Of a stretch of DNA of 64,000 nucleotides, positions 26,036 through 41,000 are shown one piece after another. The DNA is from Balanoglossus misakiensis (Eukaryota > Animalia > Hemichordata), in NCBI GenBank assembly GCA_040954595.2, contig CM082590.2:1-64000 (forward strand). The letters run 5' to 3'. A model generated the notes under the pieces. That model was given only the letters and a program-made list of their open reading frames with translations, did no database searches and had not been told where the DNA came from. Within the stretch, counting starts at the first letter, position 1, and each line of letters starts with the position of its first letter. Made by a program: the position numbers and the translations under genes.

Positions 26036-29000
26036 AACATATCCCGGTAATTGTGTAGAATAAGATGTCATTGTTGTGTGTAGCAGTTCTGTATCCTGCT
26101 GGAAGACGTACGGTTGAAGCAACTCCAATAAGCCGAGAATGTGCGAGAAGAAGAGAAGATGGTGGCGAGATCGGAACTCGGGAAACGTCAGATGAACGCG
26201 TCTTTTCAAGGCGGCTGAAATCATGGCTATTTGTCTGAAATTTGAAAATGAGATAAATAGGACATCAAATCAGGTCCAATAATCAATATCATTCAAGGTA
26301 AGCTAATTACCAGGTCCAAAAAATATGAGAAAGAACGATAATGTCAACAGGATCATCTTTAACCACTGCTAAGTGGTGGTACCAGGTGTCTTGAATGGGT
26401 AAGGCATATCAGGCCAGCATGCTACACCAGTCAAGACTGACCACAAGTGACATGTTACAGTGAAATTTGGCTAACTATCGAACTACTGTTGCAAGTCAAA
26501 TCCAGGAATGATGTCACTCATCATTTGAGTGACAGACGTGTCACATTTTCACTGATCATCACTTTGATCTTAGAATGACCATTGTGACTGTCGGACATAC
26601 TTATTTGCTTACCCGAGTAACAATGTCGGATGAGATGTTGCTATCTTTCGGAGCGCAATGTTGGCATCATTCATTTTGTTTTCGCAATTTCGTCCAGCTT
26701 TTGTTGTGGCCAACGTCAACAATAAACTGTGGGTCAACACATCGAACTGAAACAAATATCAACCAAGACACTTAAAGGGTATTCTGTAAATATGTGTGTC
26801 TTTTCAAAATGTGCATACCATCTGTTATAATTTGCACTACCTATCACTTTTGACAGTTGTGACAAGAAAAAGGCACATCTACGCTAAACGGTACAGTGAA
26901 ACCTGTCATTATGGACACCTCTCTATTAAAGGTATACAGTCACCTCCAATTTATACGCCCATATATGGCTGAAATGGCGTATTTGGGCATTATAAAGAAC
27001 ATATGTTGGCGCCCTTTTTTCGCGTGTGCCACCCACTGAAAATCAGTGATTGGCTAGATCTCAAGTTTACCATGGTAACTGTAGTTAAATTTCCATAGGT
27101 GACAATATACCTTAACATATCCCGGTAATTGTGTAGAATAAGATGTCATTGTTGTGTGTAGCAGTTCTGTATCCTGCTGGAAGACGTACGGTTGAAGCAA
27201 CTCCAATAAGCCGAGAATGTGCGAGAAGAAGAGAAGATGGTGGCGAGATCGGAACTCGGGAAACGTCAGATGAACGCGTCTTTTCAAGGCGGCTGAAATC
27301 ATGGCTATTTGTCTGAAATTTGAAAATGAGATAAATAGGACATCAAATCAGGTCCAATAATCAATATCATTCAAGGTAAGCTAATTACCAGGTCCAAAAA
27401 ATATGAGAAAGAACGATAATGTCAACAGGATCATCTTTAACCACTGCTAAGTGGTGGTACCAGGTGTCTTGAATGGGTAAGGCATATCAGGCCAGCATGC
27501 TACACCAGTCAAGACTGACCACAAGTGACATGTTACAGTGAAATTTGGCTAACTATCGAACTACTGTTGCAAGTCAAATCCAGGAATGATGTCACTCATC
27601 ATTTGAGTGACAGACGTGTCACATTTTCACTGATCATCACTTTGATCTTAGAATGACCATTGTGACTGTCGGACATACTTATTTGCTTACCCGAGTAACA
27701 ATGTCGGATGAGATGTTGCTATCTTTCGGAGCGCAATGTTGGCATCATTCATTTTGTTTTCGCAATTTCGTCCAGCTTTTGTTGCGGCCAACGTCAACAA
27801 TAAACTGTGGGTCAACACATCGAACTGAAACAAATATCAACCAAGACACTTAAAGGGTATTCTGTAAATATGTGTGTCTTTTCAAAATGTGCATACCATC
27901 TGTTATAATTTGCACTACCTATCACTTTTGACAGTTGTGACAAGAAAAAGGCACATCTACGCTAAACGGTACAGTGAAACCTGTCATTATGGACACCTCT
28001 CTATTAAAGGTATACAGTCACCTCCAATTTATACGCCCATATATGGCTGAAATGGCGTATTTGGGCATTATAAAGAACATATGTTGGCGCCCTTTTTTCG
28101 CGTGTGCCACCCACTGAAAATCAGTGATTGGCTAGATCTCAAGTTTACCATGGTAACTGTAGTTAAATTTCCATAGGTGACAATATACCTTAACATATCC
28201 CGGTAATTGTGTAGAATAAGATGTCATTGTTGTGTGTAGCAGTTCTGTATCCTGCTGGAAGACGTACGGTTGAAGCAACTCCAATAAGCCGAGAATGTGC
28301 GAGAAGAAGAGAAGATGGTGGCGAGATCGGAACTCGGGAAACGTCAGATGAACGCGTCCTTTCAAGGCGGCTGAAATCATGGCTATTTGTCTGAAATTTG
28401 AAAATGAGATAAATTGGACATCAAATCAGGTCCAATAATCAATATCATTCAAGGTAAGCTAATTACCAGGTCCAAAAAATATGAGAAAGAACGATAATGT
28501 CAACAGGATCATCTTTAACCACTGCTAAGTGGTGGTACCAGGTGTCTTGAATGGGTAAGGCATATCAGGCCAGCATGCTACACCAAGTCAAGACTGACCA
28601 CAAGTGACATGTTACAGTGAAATTTGGCTAACTATCGAACTACTGTTGCAAGTCAAATCCAGGAATGATGTCACTCATCATTTGAGTGACAGACGTGTCA
28701 CATTTTCACTGATCATCACTTTGATCTTAGAATGACCATTGTGACTGTCGGACATACTTATTTGCTTACCCGAGTAACAATGTCGGATGAGATGTTGCTA
28801 TCTTTCGGAGCGCAATGTTGGCATCATTCATTTTGTTTTCGCAATTTCGTCCAGCTTTTGTTGCGGCCAACGTCAACAATAAACTGTGGGTCAACACATC
28901 GAACTGAAACAAATATCAACCAAGACACTTAAAGGGTATTCTGTAAATATGTGTGTCTTTTCAAAATGTGCATACCATCTGTTATAATTTGGACTACCTA

Positions 29001-32000
29001 TCACTTTTGACAGTTGTGACAAGAAAAAGGCACATCTACGCTAAACGGTACAGTGAAACCTGTCATTATGGACACCTCTCTATTAAAGGTATACAGTCAC
29101 CTCCAATTTATACGCCCATATATGGCTGAAATGGCGTATTTGGGCATTATAAAGAACATATGTTGGCGCCCTTTTTTCGCGTGTGCCACCCACTGAAAAT
29201 CAGTGATTGGCTAGATCTCAAGTTTACCATGGTAACTGTAGTTAAATTTCCATAGGTGACAATATACCTTAACATATCCCGGTAATTGTGTAGAATAAGA
29301 TGTCATTGTTGTGTGTAGCAGTTCTGTATCCTGCTGGAAGACGTACGGTTGAAGCAACTCCAATAAGCCGAGAATGTGCGAGAAGAAGAGAAGATGGTGG
29401 CGAGATCGGAACTCGGGAAACGTCAGATGAACGCGTCTTTTCAAGGCGGCTGAAATCATGGCTATTTGTCTGAAATTTGAAAATGAGATAAATAGGACAT
29501 CAAATCAGGTCCAATAATCAATATCATTCAAGGTAAGCTAATTACCAGGTCCAAAAAATATGAGAAAGAACGATAATGTCAACAGGATCATCTTTAAGCA
29601 CTGCTAAGTGGTGGTACCAGGTGTCTTGAATGGGTAAGGCATATCAGGCCAGCATGCTACACCAGTCAAGACTGACCACAAGTGACATGTTACAGTGAAA
29701 TTTGGCTAACTATCGAACTACTGTTGCAAGTCAAATCCAGGAATGATGTCACTCATCATTTGAGTGACAGACGTGTCACATTTTCACTGACCATCACTTT
29801 GATCTTAGAATGACCATTGTGACTGTCGGACATACTTATTTGCTTACCCGAGTAACAATGTCGGATGAGATGTTGCTATCTTTCGGAGCGCAATGTTGGC
29901 ATCATTCATTTTGTTTTCGCAATTTCGTCCAGCTTTTGTTGCGGCCAACGTCAACAATAAACTGTGGGTCAACACATCGAACTGAAACAAATATCAACCA
30001 AGACACTTAAAGGGTATTCTGTAAATATGTGTGTCTTTTCAAAATGTGCATACCATCTGTTATAATTTGGACTACCTATCACTTTTGACAGTTGTGACAA
30101 GAAAAAGGCACATCTACGCTAAACGGTACAGTGAAACCTGTCATTATGGACACCTCTCTATTAAAGGTATACAGTCACCTCCAATTTATACGCCCATATA
30201 TGGCTGAAATGGCGTATTTGGGCATTATAAAGAACATATGTTGGCGCCCTTTTTTCGCGTGTGCCACCCACTGAAAATCAGTGATTGGCTAGATCTCAAG
30301 TTTACCATGGTAACTGTAGTTAAATTTCCATAGGTGACAATATACCTTAACATATCCCGGTAATTGTGTAGAATAAGATGTCATTGTTGTGTGTAGCAGT
30401 TCTGTATCCTGCTGGAAGACGTACGGTTGAAGCAACTCCAATAAGCCGAGAATGTGCGAGAAGAAGAGAAGATGGTGGCGAGATCGGAACTCGGGAAACG
30501 TCAGATGAACGCGTCTTTTCAAGGCGGCTGAAATCATGGCTATTTGTCTGAAATTTGAAAATAAGATAAATAGGACATCAAATCAGGTCCAATAATCAAT
30601 ATCATTCAAGGTAAGCTAATTACCAGGTCCAAAAAATATGAGAAAGAACGATAATGTCAACAGGATCATCTTTAAGCACTGCTAAGTGGTGGTACCAGGT
30701 GTCTTGAATGGGTAAGGCATATCAGGCCAGCATGCTACACCAGTCAAGACTGACCACAAGTGACATGTTACAGTGAAATTTGGCTAACTATCGAACTACT
30801 GTTGCAAGTCAAATCCAGGAATGATGTCACTCATCATTTGAGTGACAGACGTGTCACATTTTCACTGACCATCACTTTGATCTTAGAATGACCATTGTGA
30901 CTGTCGGACATACTTATTTGCTTACCCGAGTAACAATGTCGGATGAGATGTTGCTATCTTTCGGAGCGCAATGTTGGCATCATTCATTTTGTTTTCGCAA
31001 TTTCGTCCAGCTTTTGTTGCGGCCAACGTCAACAATAAACTGTGGGTCAACACATCGAACTGAAACAAATATCAACCAAGACACTTAAAGGGTATTCTGT
31101 AAATATGTGTGTCTTTTCAAAATGTGCATACCATCTGTTATAATTTGCACTACCTATCACTTTTGACAGTTGTGACAAGAAAAAGGCACATCTACGCTAA
31201 ACGGTACAGTGAAACCTGTCATTATGGACACCTCTCTATTAAAGGTATACAGTCACCTCCAATTTATACGCCCATATATGGCTGAAATGGCGTATTTGGG
31301 CATTATAAAGAACATATGTTGGCGCCCTTTTTTCGCGTGTGCCACCCACTGAAAATCAGTGATTGGCTAGATCTCAAGTTTACCATGGTAACTGTAGTTA
31401 AATTTCCATAGGTGACAATATACCTTAACATATCCCGGTAATTGTGTAGAATAAGATGTCATTGTTGTGTGTAGCAGTTCTGTATCCTGCTGGAAGACGT
31501 ACGGTTGAAGCAACTCCAATAAGCCGAGAATGTGCGAGAAGAAGAGAAGATGGTGGCGAGATCGGAACTCGGGAAACGTCAGATGAACGCGTCTTTTCAA
31601 GGCGGCTGAAATCATGGCTATTTGTCTGAAATTTGAAAATGAGATAAATAGGACATCAAATCAGGTCCAATAATCAATATCATTCAAGGTAAGCTAATTA
31701 CCAGGTCCAAAAAATATGAGAAAGAACGATAATGTCAACAGGATCATCTTTAAGCACTGCTAAGTGGTGCTACCAGGTGTCTTGAATGGGTAAGGCATAT
31801 CAGGCCAGCATGCTACACCAGTCAAGACTGACCACAAGTGACATGTTACAGTGAAATTTGGCTAACTATCGAACTACTGTTGCAAGTCAAATCCAGGAAT
31901 GATGTCAATCATCATTTGAGTGACAGACGTGTCACGTTTTCACTGATCATCACTTTGATCTTAGAATGACCATTGTGACTGTCGGACATACTTATTTGCT

Positions 32001-35000
32001 TAACTGAGTAACAATGTCGGATGAGATGTTGCTATCTTTCGGAGCGCAATGTTGGCATCATTCATTTTGTTTTCGCAATTTCGTCCAGCTTTTGTTGCGG
32101 CCAACGTCAACAATAAACTGTGGGTCAACACATCGAACTGAAACAAATATCAACCAAGACACTTAAAGGGTATTCTGTAAATATGTGTGTCTTTTCAAAA
32201 TGTGCATACCATCTGTTATAATTTGCACTACCTATCACTTTTGACAGTTGTGACAAGAAAAAGGCACATCTACGCTAAACGGTACAGTGAAACCTGTCAT
32301 TATGGACACCTCTCTATTAAAGGTATACAGTCACCTCCAATTTATACGCCCATATATGGCTGAAATGGCGTATTTGGGCATTATAAAGAACATATGTTGG
32401 CGCCCTTTTTTCGCGTGTGCCACCCACTGAAAATCAGTGATTGGCTAGATCTCAAGTTTACCATGGTAACTGTAGTTAAATTTCCATAGGTGACAATATA
32501 CCTTAACATATCCCGGTAATTGTGTAGAATAAGATGTCATTGTTGTGTGTAGCAGTTCTGTATCCTGCTGGAAGACGTACGGTTGAAGCAACTCCAATAA
32601 GCCGAGAATGTGCGAGAAGAAGAGAAGATGGTGGCGAGATCGGAACTCGGGAAACGTCAGATGAACGCGTCCTTTCAAGGCGGCTGAAATCATGGCTATT
32701 TGTCTGAAATTTGAAAATGAGATAAATTGGACATCAAATCAGGTCCAATAATCAATATCATTCAAGGTAAGCTAATTACCAGGTCCAAAAAATATGAGAA
32801 AGAATGATAATGTCAACAGGATCATCTTTAACCACTGCTAAGTGGTGGTACCAGGTGTCTTGAATGGGTAAGGCATATCAGGCCAGCATGCTACACCAAG
32901 TCAAGACTGACCACAAGTGACATGTTACAGTGAAATTTGGCTAACTATCGAACTACTGTTGCAAGTCAAATCCAGGAATGATGTCACTCATCATTTGAGT
33001 GACAGACGTGTCACATTTTCACTGATCATCACTTTGATCTTAGAATGACCATTGTGACTGTCGGACATACTTATTTGCTTACCCGAGTAACAATGTCGGA
33101 TGAGATGTTGCTATCTTTCGGAGCGCAATGTTGGCATCATTCATTTTGTTTTCGCAATTTCGTCCAGCTTTTGTTGCGGCCAACGTCAACAATAAACTGT
33201 GGGTCAACACATCGAACTGAAACAAATATCAACCAAGACACTTAAAGGGTATTCTGTAAATATGTGTGTCTTTTCAAAATGTGCATACCATCTGTTATAA
33301 TTTGGACTACCTATCACTTTTGACAGTTGTGACAAGAAAAAGGCACATCTACGCTAAACGGTACAGTGAAACCTGTCATTATGGACACCTCTCTATTAAA
33401 GGTATACAGTCACCTCCAATTTATACGCCCATATATGGCTGAAATGGCGTATTTGGGCATTATAAAGAACATATGTTGGCGCCCTTTTTTCGCGTGTGCC
33501 ACCCACTGAAAATCAGTGATTGGCTAGATCTCAAGTTTACCATGGTAACTGTAGTTAAATTTCCATAGGTGACAATATACCTTAACATATCCCGGTAATT
33601 GTGTAGAATAAGATGTCATTGTTGTGTGTAGCAGTTCTGTATCCTGCTGGAAGACGTACGGTTGAAGCAACTCCAATAAGCCGAGAATGTGCGAGAAGAA
33701 GAGAAGATGGTGGCGAGATCGGAACTCGGGAAACGTCAGATGAACGCGTCTTTTCAAGGCGGCTGAAATCATGGCTATTTGTCTGAAATTTGAAAATGAG
33801 ATAAATAGGACATCAAATCAGGTCCAATAATCAATATCATTCAAGGTAAGCTAATTACCAGGTCCAAAAAATATGAGAAAGAACGATAATGTCAACAGGA
33901 TCATCTTTAAGCACTGCTAAGTGGTGGTACCAGGTGTCTTGAATGGGTAAGGCATATCAGGCCAGCATGCTACACCAGTCAAGACTGACCACAAGTGACA
34001 TGTTACAGTGAAATTTGGCTAACTATCGAACTACTGTTGCAAGTCAAATCCAGGAATGATGTCACTCATCATTTGAGTGACAGACGTGTCACATTTTCAC
34101 TGACCATCACTTTGATCTTAGAATGACCATTGTGACTGTCGGACATACTTATTTGCTTACCCGAGTAACAATGTCGGATGAGATGTTGCTATCTTTCGGA
34201 GCGCAATGTTGGCATCATTCATTTTGTTTTCGCAATTTCGTCCAGCTTTTGTTGCGGCCAACGTCAACAATAAACTGTGGGTCAACACATCGAACTGAAA
34301 CAAATATCAACCAAGACACTTAAAGGGTATTCTGTAAATATGTGTGTCTTTTCAAAATGTGCATACCATCTGTTATAATTTGGACTACCTATCACTTTTG
34401 ACAGTTGTGACAAGAAAAAGGCACATCTACGCTAAACGGTACAGTGAAACCTGTCATTATGGACACCTCTCTATTAAAGGTATACAGTCACCTCCAATTT
34501 ATACGCCCATATATGGCTGAAATGGCGTATTTGGGCATTATAAAGAACATATGTTGGCGCCCTTTTTTCGCGTGTGCCACCCACTGAAAATCAGTGATTG
34601 GCTAGATCTCAAGTTTACCATGGTAACTGTAGTTAAATTTCCATAGGTGACAATATACCTTAACATATCCCGGTAATTGTGTAGAATAAGATGTCATTGT
34701 TGTGTGTAGCAGTTCTGTATCCTGCTGGAAGACGTACGGTTGAAGCAACTCCAATAAGCCGAGAATGTGCGAGAAGAAGAGAAGATGGTGGCGAGATCGG
34801 AACTCGGGAAACGTCAGATGAACGCGTCTTTTCAAGGCGGCTGAAATCATGGCTATTTGTCTGAAATTTGAAAATGAGATAAATAGGACATCAAATCAGG
34901 TCCAATAATCAATATCATTCAAGGTAAGCTAATTACCAGGTCCAAAAAATATGAGAAAGAACGATAATGTCAACAGGATCATCTTTAAGCACTGCTAAGT

Positions 35001-38000
35001 GGTGGTACCAGGTGTCTTGAATGGGTAAGGCATATCAGGCCAGCATGCTACACCAGTCAAGACTGACCACAAGTGACATGTTACAGTGAAATTTGGCTAA
35101 CTATCGAACTACTGTTGCAAGTCAAATCCAGGAATGATGTCACTCATCATTTGAGTGACAGACGTGTCACATTTTCACTGACCATCACTTTGATCTTAGA
35201 ATGACCATTGTGACTGTCGGACATACTTATTTGCTTACCCGAGTAACAATGTCGGATGAGATGTTGCTATCTTTCGGAGCGCAATGTTGGCATCATTCAT
35301 TTTGTTTTCGCAATTTCGTCCAGCTTTTGTTGCGGCCAACGTCAACAATAAACTGTGGGTCAACACATCGAACTGAAACAAATATCAACCAAGACACTTA
35401 AAGGGTATTCTGTAAATATGTGTGTCTTTTCAAAATGTGCATACCATCTGTTATAATTTGCACTACCTATCACTTTTGACAGTTGTGACAAGAAAAAGGC
35501 ACATCTACGCTAAACGGTACAGTGAAACCTGTCATTATGGACACCTCTCTATTAAAGGTATACAGTCACCTCCAATTTATACGCCCATATATGGCTGAAA
35601 TGGCGTATTTGGGCATTATAAAGAACATATGTTGGCGCCCTTTTTTCGCGTGTGCCACCCACTGAAAATCAGTGATTGGCTAGATCTCAAGTTTACCATG
35701 GTAACTGTAGTTAAATTTCCATAGGTGACAATATACCTTAACATATCCCGGTAATTGTGTAGAATAAGATGTCATTGTTGTGTGTAGCAGTTCTGTATCC
35801 TGCTGGAAGACGTACGGTTGAAGCAACTCCAATAAGCCGAGAATGTGCGAGAAGAAGAGAAGATGGTGGCGAGATCGGAACTCGGGAAACGTCAGATGAA
35901 CGCGTCTTTTCAAGGCGGCTGAAATCATGGCTATTTGTCTGAAATTTGAAAATGAGATAAATAGGACATCAAATCAGGTCCAATAATCAATATCATTCAA
36001 GGTAAGCTAATTACCAGGTCCAAAAAATATGAGAAAGAACGATAATGTCAACAGGATCATCTTTAAGCACTGCTAAGTGGTGCTACCAGGTGTCTTGAAT
36101 GGGTAAGGCATATCAGGCCAGCATGCTACACCAGTCAAGACTGACCACAAGTGACATGTTACAGTGAAATTTGGCTAACTATCGAACTACTGTTGCAAGT
36201 CAAATCCAGGAATGATGTCAATCATCATTTGAGTGACAGACGTGTCACGTTTTCACTGATCATCACTTTGATCTTAGAATGACCATTGTGACTGTCGGAC
36301 ATACTTATTTGCTTAACTGAGTAACAATGTCGGATGAGATGTTGCTATCTTTCGGAGCGCAATGTTGGCATCATTCATTTTGTTTTCGCAATTTCGTCCA
36401 GCTTTTGTTGCGGCCAACGTCAACAATAAACTGTGGGTCAACACATCGAACTGAAACAAATATCAACCAAGACACTTAAAGGGTATTCTGTAAATATGTG
36501 TGTCTTTTCAAAATGTGCATACCATCTGTTATAATTTGCACTACCTATCACTTTTGACAGTTGTGACAAGAAAAAGGCACATCTACGCTAAACGGTACAG
36601 TGAAACCTGTCATTATGGACACCTCTCTATTAAAGGTATACAGTCACCTCCAATTTATACGCCCATATATGGCTGAAATGGCGTATTTGGGCATTATAAA
36701 GAACATATGTTGGCGCCCTTTTTTCGCGTGTGCCACCCACTGAAAATCAGTGATTGGCTAGATCTCAAGTTTACCATGGTAACTGTAGTTAAATTTCCAT
36801 AGGTGACAATATACCTTAACATATCCCGGTAATTGTGTAGAATAAGATGTCATTGTTGTGTGTAGCAGTTCTGTATCCTGCTGGAAGACGTACGGTTGAA
36901 GCAACTCCAATAAGCCGAGAATGTGCGAGAAGAAGAGAAGATGGTGGCGAGATCGGAACTCGGGAAACGTCAGATGAACGCGTCCTTTCAAGGCGGCTGA
37001 AATCATGGCTATTTGTCTGAAATTTGAAAATGAGATAAATTGGACATCAAATCAGGTCCAATAATCAATATCATTCAAGGTAAGCTAATTACCAGGTCCA
37101 AAAAATATGAGAAAGAATGATAATGTCAACAGGATCATCTTTAACCACTGCTAAGTGGTGGTACCAGGTGTCTTGAATGGGTAAGGCATATCAGGCCAGC
37201 ATGCTACACCAAGTCAAGACTGACCACAAGTGACATGTTACAGTGAAATTTGGCTAACTATCGAACTACTGTTGCAAGTCAAATCCAGGAATGATGTCAC
37301 TCATCATTTGAGTGACAGACGTGTCACATTTTCACTGATCATCACTTTGATCTTAGAATGACCATTGTGACTGTCGGACATACTTATTTGCTTACCCGAG
37401 TAACAATGTCGGATGAGATGTTGCTATCTTTCGGAGCGCAATGTTGGCATCATTCATTTTGTTTTCGCAATTTCGTCCAGCTTTTGTTGCGGCCAACGTC
37501 AACAATAAACTGTGGGTCAACACATCGAACTGAAACAAATATCAACCAAGACACTTAAAGGGTATTCTGTAAATATGTGTGTCTTTTCAAAATGTGCATA
37601 CCATCTGTTATAATTTGGACTACCTATCACTTTTGACAGTTGTGACAAGAAAAAGGCACATCTACGCTAAACGGTACAGTGAAACCTGTCATTATGGACA
37701 CTTCTCTATTAAAGGTATACAGTCACCTCCAATTTATACGCCCATATATGGCTGAAATGGCGTATTTGGGCATTATAAAGAACATATGTTGGCGCCCTTT
37801 TTTCGCGTGTGCCACCCACTGAAAATCAGTGATTGGCTAGATCTCAAGTTTACCATGGTAACTGTAGTTAAATTTCCATAGGTGACAATATACCTTAACA
37901 TATCCCGGTAATTGTGTAGAATAAGATGTCATTGTTGTGTGTAGCAGTTCTGTATCCTGCTGGAAGACGTACGGTTGAAGCAACTCCAATAAGCCGAGAA

Positions 38001-41000
38001 TGTGCGAGAAGAAGAGAAGATGGTGGCGAGATCGGAACTCGGGAAACGTCAGATGAACGCGTCTTTTCAAGGCGGCTGAAATCATGGCCATTTGTCTGAA
38101 ATTTGAAAATGAGATAAATTGGACATCAAATCAGGTCCAATAATCAATATCATTCAAGGTAAGCTAATTACCAGGTCCAAAAAATATGAGAAAGAACGAT
38201 AATGTCAACAGGATCATCTTTAACCACTGCTAAGTGGTGGTACCAGGTGTCTTGAATGGGTAAGGCATATCAGGCCAGCATGCTACACCAGTCAAGACTG
38301 ACCACAAGTGACATGTTACAGTGAAATTTGGCTAACTATCGAACTACTGTTGCAAGTCAAATCCAGGAATGATGTCACTCATCATTTGAGTGACAGACGT
38401 GTCACATTTTCACTGATCATCACTTTGATCTTAGAATGACCATTGTGACTGTCGGACATACTTATTTGCTTACCCGAGTAACAATGTCGGATGAGATGTT
38501 GCTATCTTTCGGAGCGCAATGTTGGCATCATTCATTTTGTTTTCGCAATTTCGTCCAGCTTTTGTTGCGGCCAACGTCAACAATAAACTGTGGGTCAACA
38601 CATCGAACTGAAACAAATATCAACCAAGACACTTAAAGGGTATTCTGTAAATATGTGTGTCTTTTCAAAATGTGCATACCATCTGTTATAATTTGCACTA
38701 CCTATCACTTTTGACAGTTGTGACAAGAAAAAGGCACATCTACGCTAAACGGTACAGTGAAACCTGTCATTATGGACACCTCTCTATTAAAGGTATACAG
38801 TCACCTCCAATTTATACGCCCATATATGGCTGAAATGGCGTATTTGGGCATTATAAAGAACATATGTTGGCGCCCTTTTTTCGCGTGTGCCACCCACTGA
38901 AAATCAGTGATTGGCTAGATCTCAAGTTTACCATGGTAACTGTAGTTAAATTTCCATAGGTGACAATATACCTTAACATATCCCGGTAATTGTGTAGAAT
39001 AAGATGTCATTGTTGTGTGTAGCAGTTCTGTATCCTGCTGGAAGACGTACGGTTGAAGCAACTCCAATAAGCCGAGAATGTGCGAGAAGAAGAGAAGATG
39101 GTGGCGAGATCGGAACTCGGGAAACGTCAGATGAACGCGTCTTTTCAAGGCGGCTGAAATCATGGCCATTTGTCTGAAATTTGAAAATGAGATAAATTGG
39201 ACATCAAATCAGGTCCAATAATCAATATCATTCAAGGTAAGCTAATTACCAGGTCCAAAAAATATGAGAAAGAACGATAATGTCAACAGGATCATCTTTA
39301 ACCACTGCTAAGTGGTGGTACCAGGTGTCTTGAATGGGTAAGGCATATCAGGCCAGCATGCTACACCAAGTCAAGACTGACCACAACTGACATGTTACAG
39401 TGAAATTTGGCTAACTATCGAACTACTGTTGCAAGTCAAATCCAGGAATGATGTCACTCATCATTTGAGTGACAGACGTGTCACATTTTCACTGATCATC
39501 ACTTTGATCTTAGAATGACCATTGTGACTGTCGGACATACTTATTTGCTTACCCGAGTAACAATGTCGGATGAGATGTTGCTATCTTTCGGAGCGCAATG
39601 TTGGCATCATTCATTTTGTTTTCGCAATTTCGTCCAGCTTTTGTTGCGGCCAACGTCAACAATAAACTGTGGGTCAACACATCGAACTGAAACAAATATC
39701 AACCAAGACACTTAAAGGGTATTCTGTAAATATGTGTGTCTTTTCAAAATGTGCATACCATCTGTTATAATTTGCACTACCTATCACTTTTGACAGTTGT
39801 GACAAGAAAAAGGCACATCTACGCTAAACGGTACAGTGAAACCTGTCATTATGGACACCTCTCTATTAAAGGTATACAGTCACCTCCAATTTATATGGCT
39901 GAAATGGCGTATTTGGGCATTATAAAGAACATATGTTGGCGCCCTTTTTTCGCGTGTGCCACCCACTGAAAATCAGTGATTGGCTAGATCTCAAGTTTAC
40001 CATGGTAACTGTAGTTAAATTTCCATAGGTGACAATATACCTTAACATATCCCGGTAATTGTGTAGAATAAGATGTCATTGTTGTGTGTAGCAGTTCTGT
40101 ATCCTGCTGGAAGACGTACGGTTGAAGCAACTCCAATAAGCCGAGAATGTGCGAGAAGAAGAGAAGATGGTGGCGAGATCGGAACTCGGGAAACGTCAGA
40201 TGAACGCGTCTTTTCAAGGCGGCTGAAATCATGGCCATTTGTCTGAAATTTGAAAATGAGATAAATAGGACATCAAATCAGGTCCAATAATCAATATCAT
40301 TCAAGGTAAGCTAATTACCAGGTCCAAAAAAATATGAGAAAGAACGATAATGTCAACAGGATCATCTTTAAGCACTGCTAAGTGGTGGTACCAGGTGTCT
40401 TGAATGGGTAAGGCATATCAGGCCAGCATGCTACACCAAGTCAAGACTGACCACAACTGACATGTTACAGTGAAATTTGGCTAACTATCGAACTACTGTT
40501 GCAAGTCAAATCCAGGAATGATGTCACTCATCATTTGAGTGACAGACGTGTCACATTTTCACTGATCATCACTTTGATCTTAGAATGACCATTGTGACTG
40601 TCGGACATACTTATTTGCTTACCCGAGTAACAATGTCGGATGAGATGTTGCTATCTTTCGGAGCGCAATGTTGGCATCATTCATTTTGTTTTCGCAATTT
40701 CGTCCAGCTTTTGTTGCGGCCAACGTCAACAATAAACTGTGGGTCAACACATCGAACTGAAACAAATATCAACCAAGACACTTAAAGGGTATTCTGTAAA
40801 TATGTGTGTCTTTTCAAAATGTGCATACCATCTGTTATAATTTGGACTACCTATCACTTTTGACAGTTGTGACAAGAAAAAGGCACATCTACGCTAAACG
40901 GTACAGTGAAACCTGTCATTATGGACACCTCTCTATTAAAGGTATACAGTCACCTCCAATTTATACGCCCATATATGGCTGAAATGGCGTATTTGGGCAT

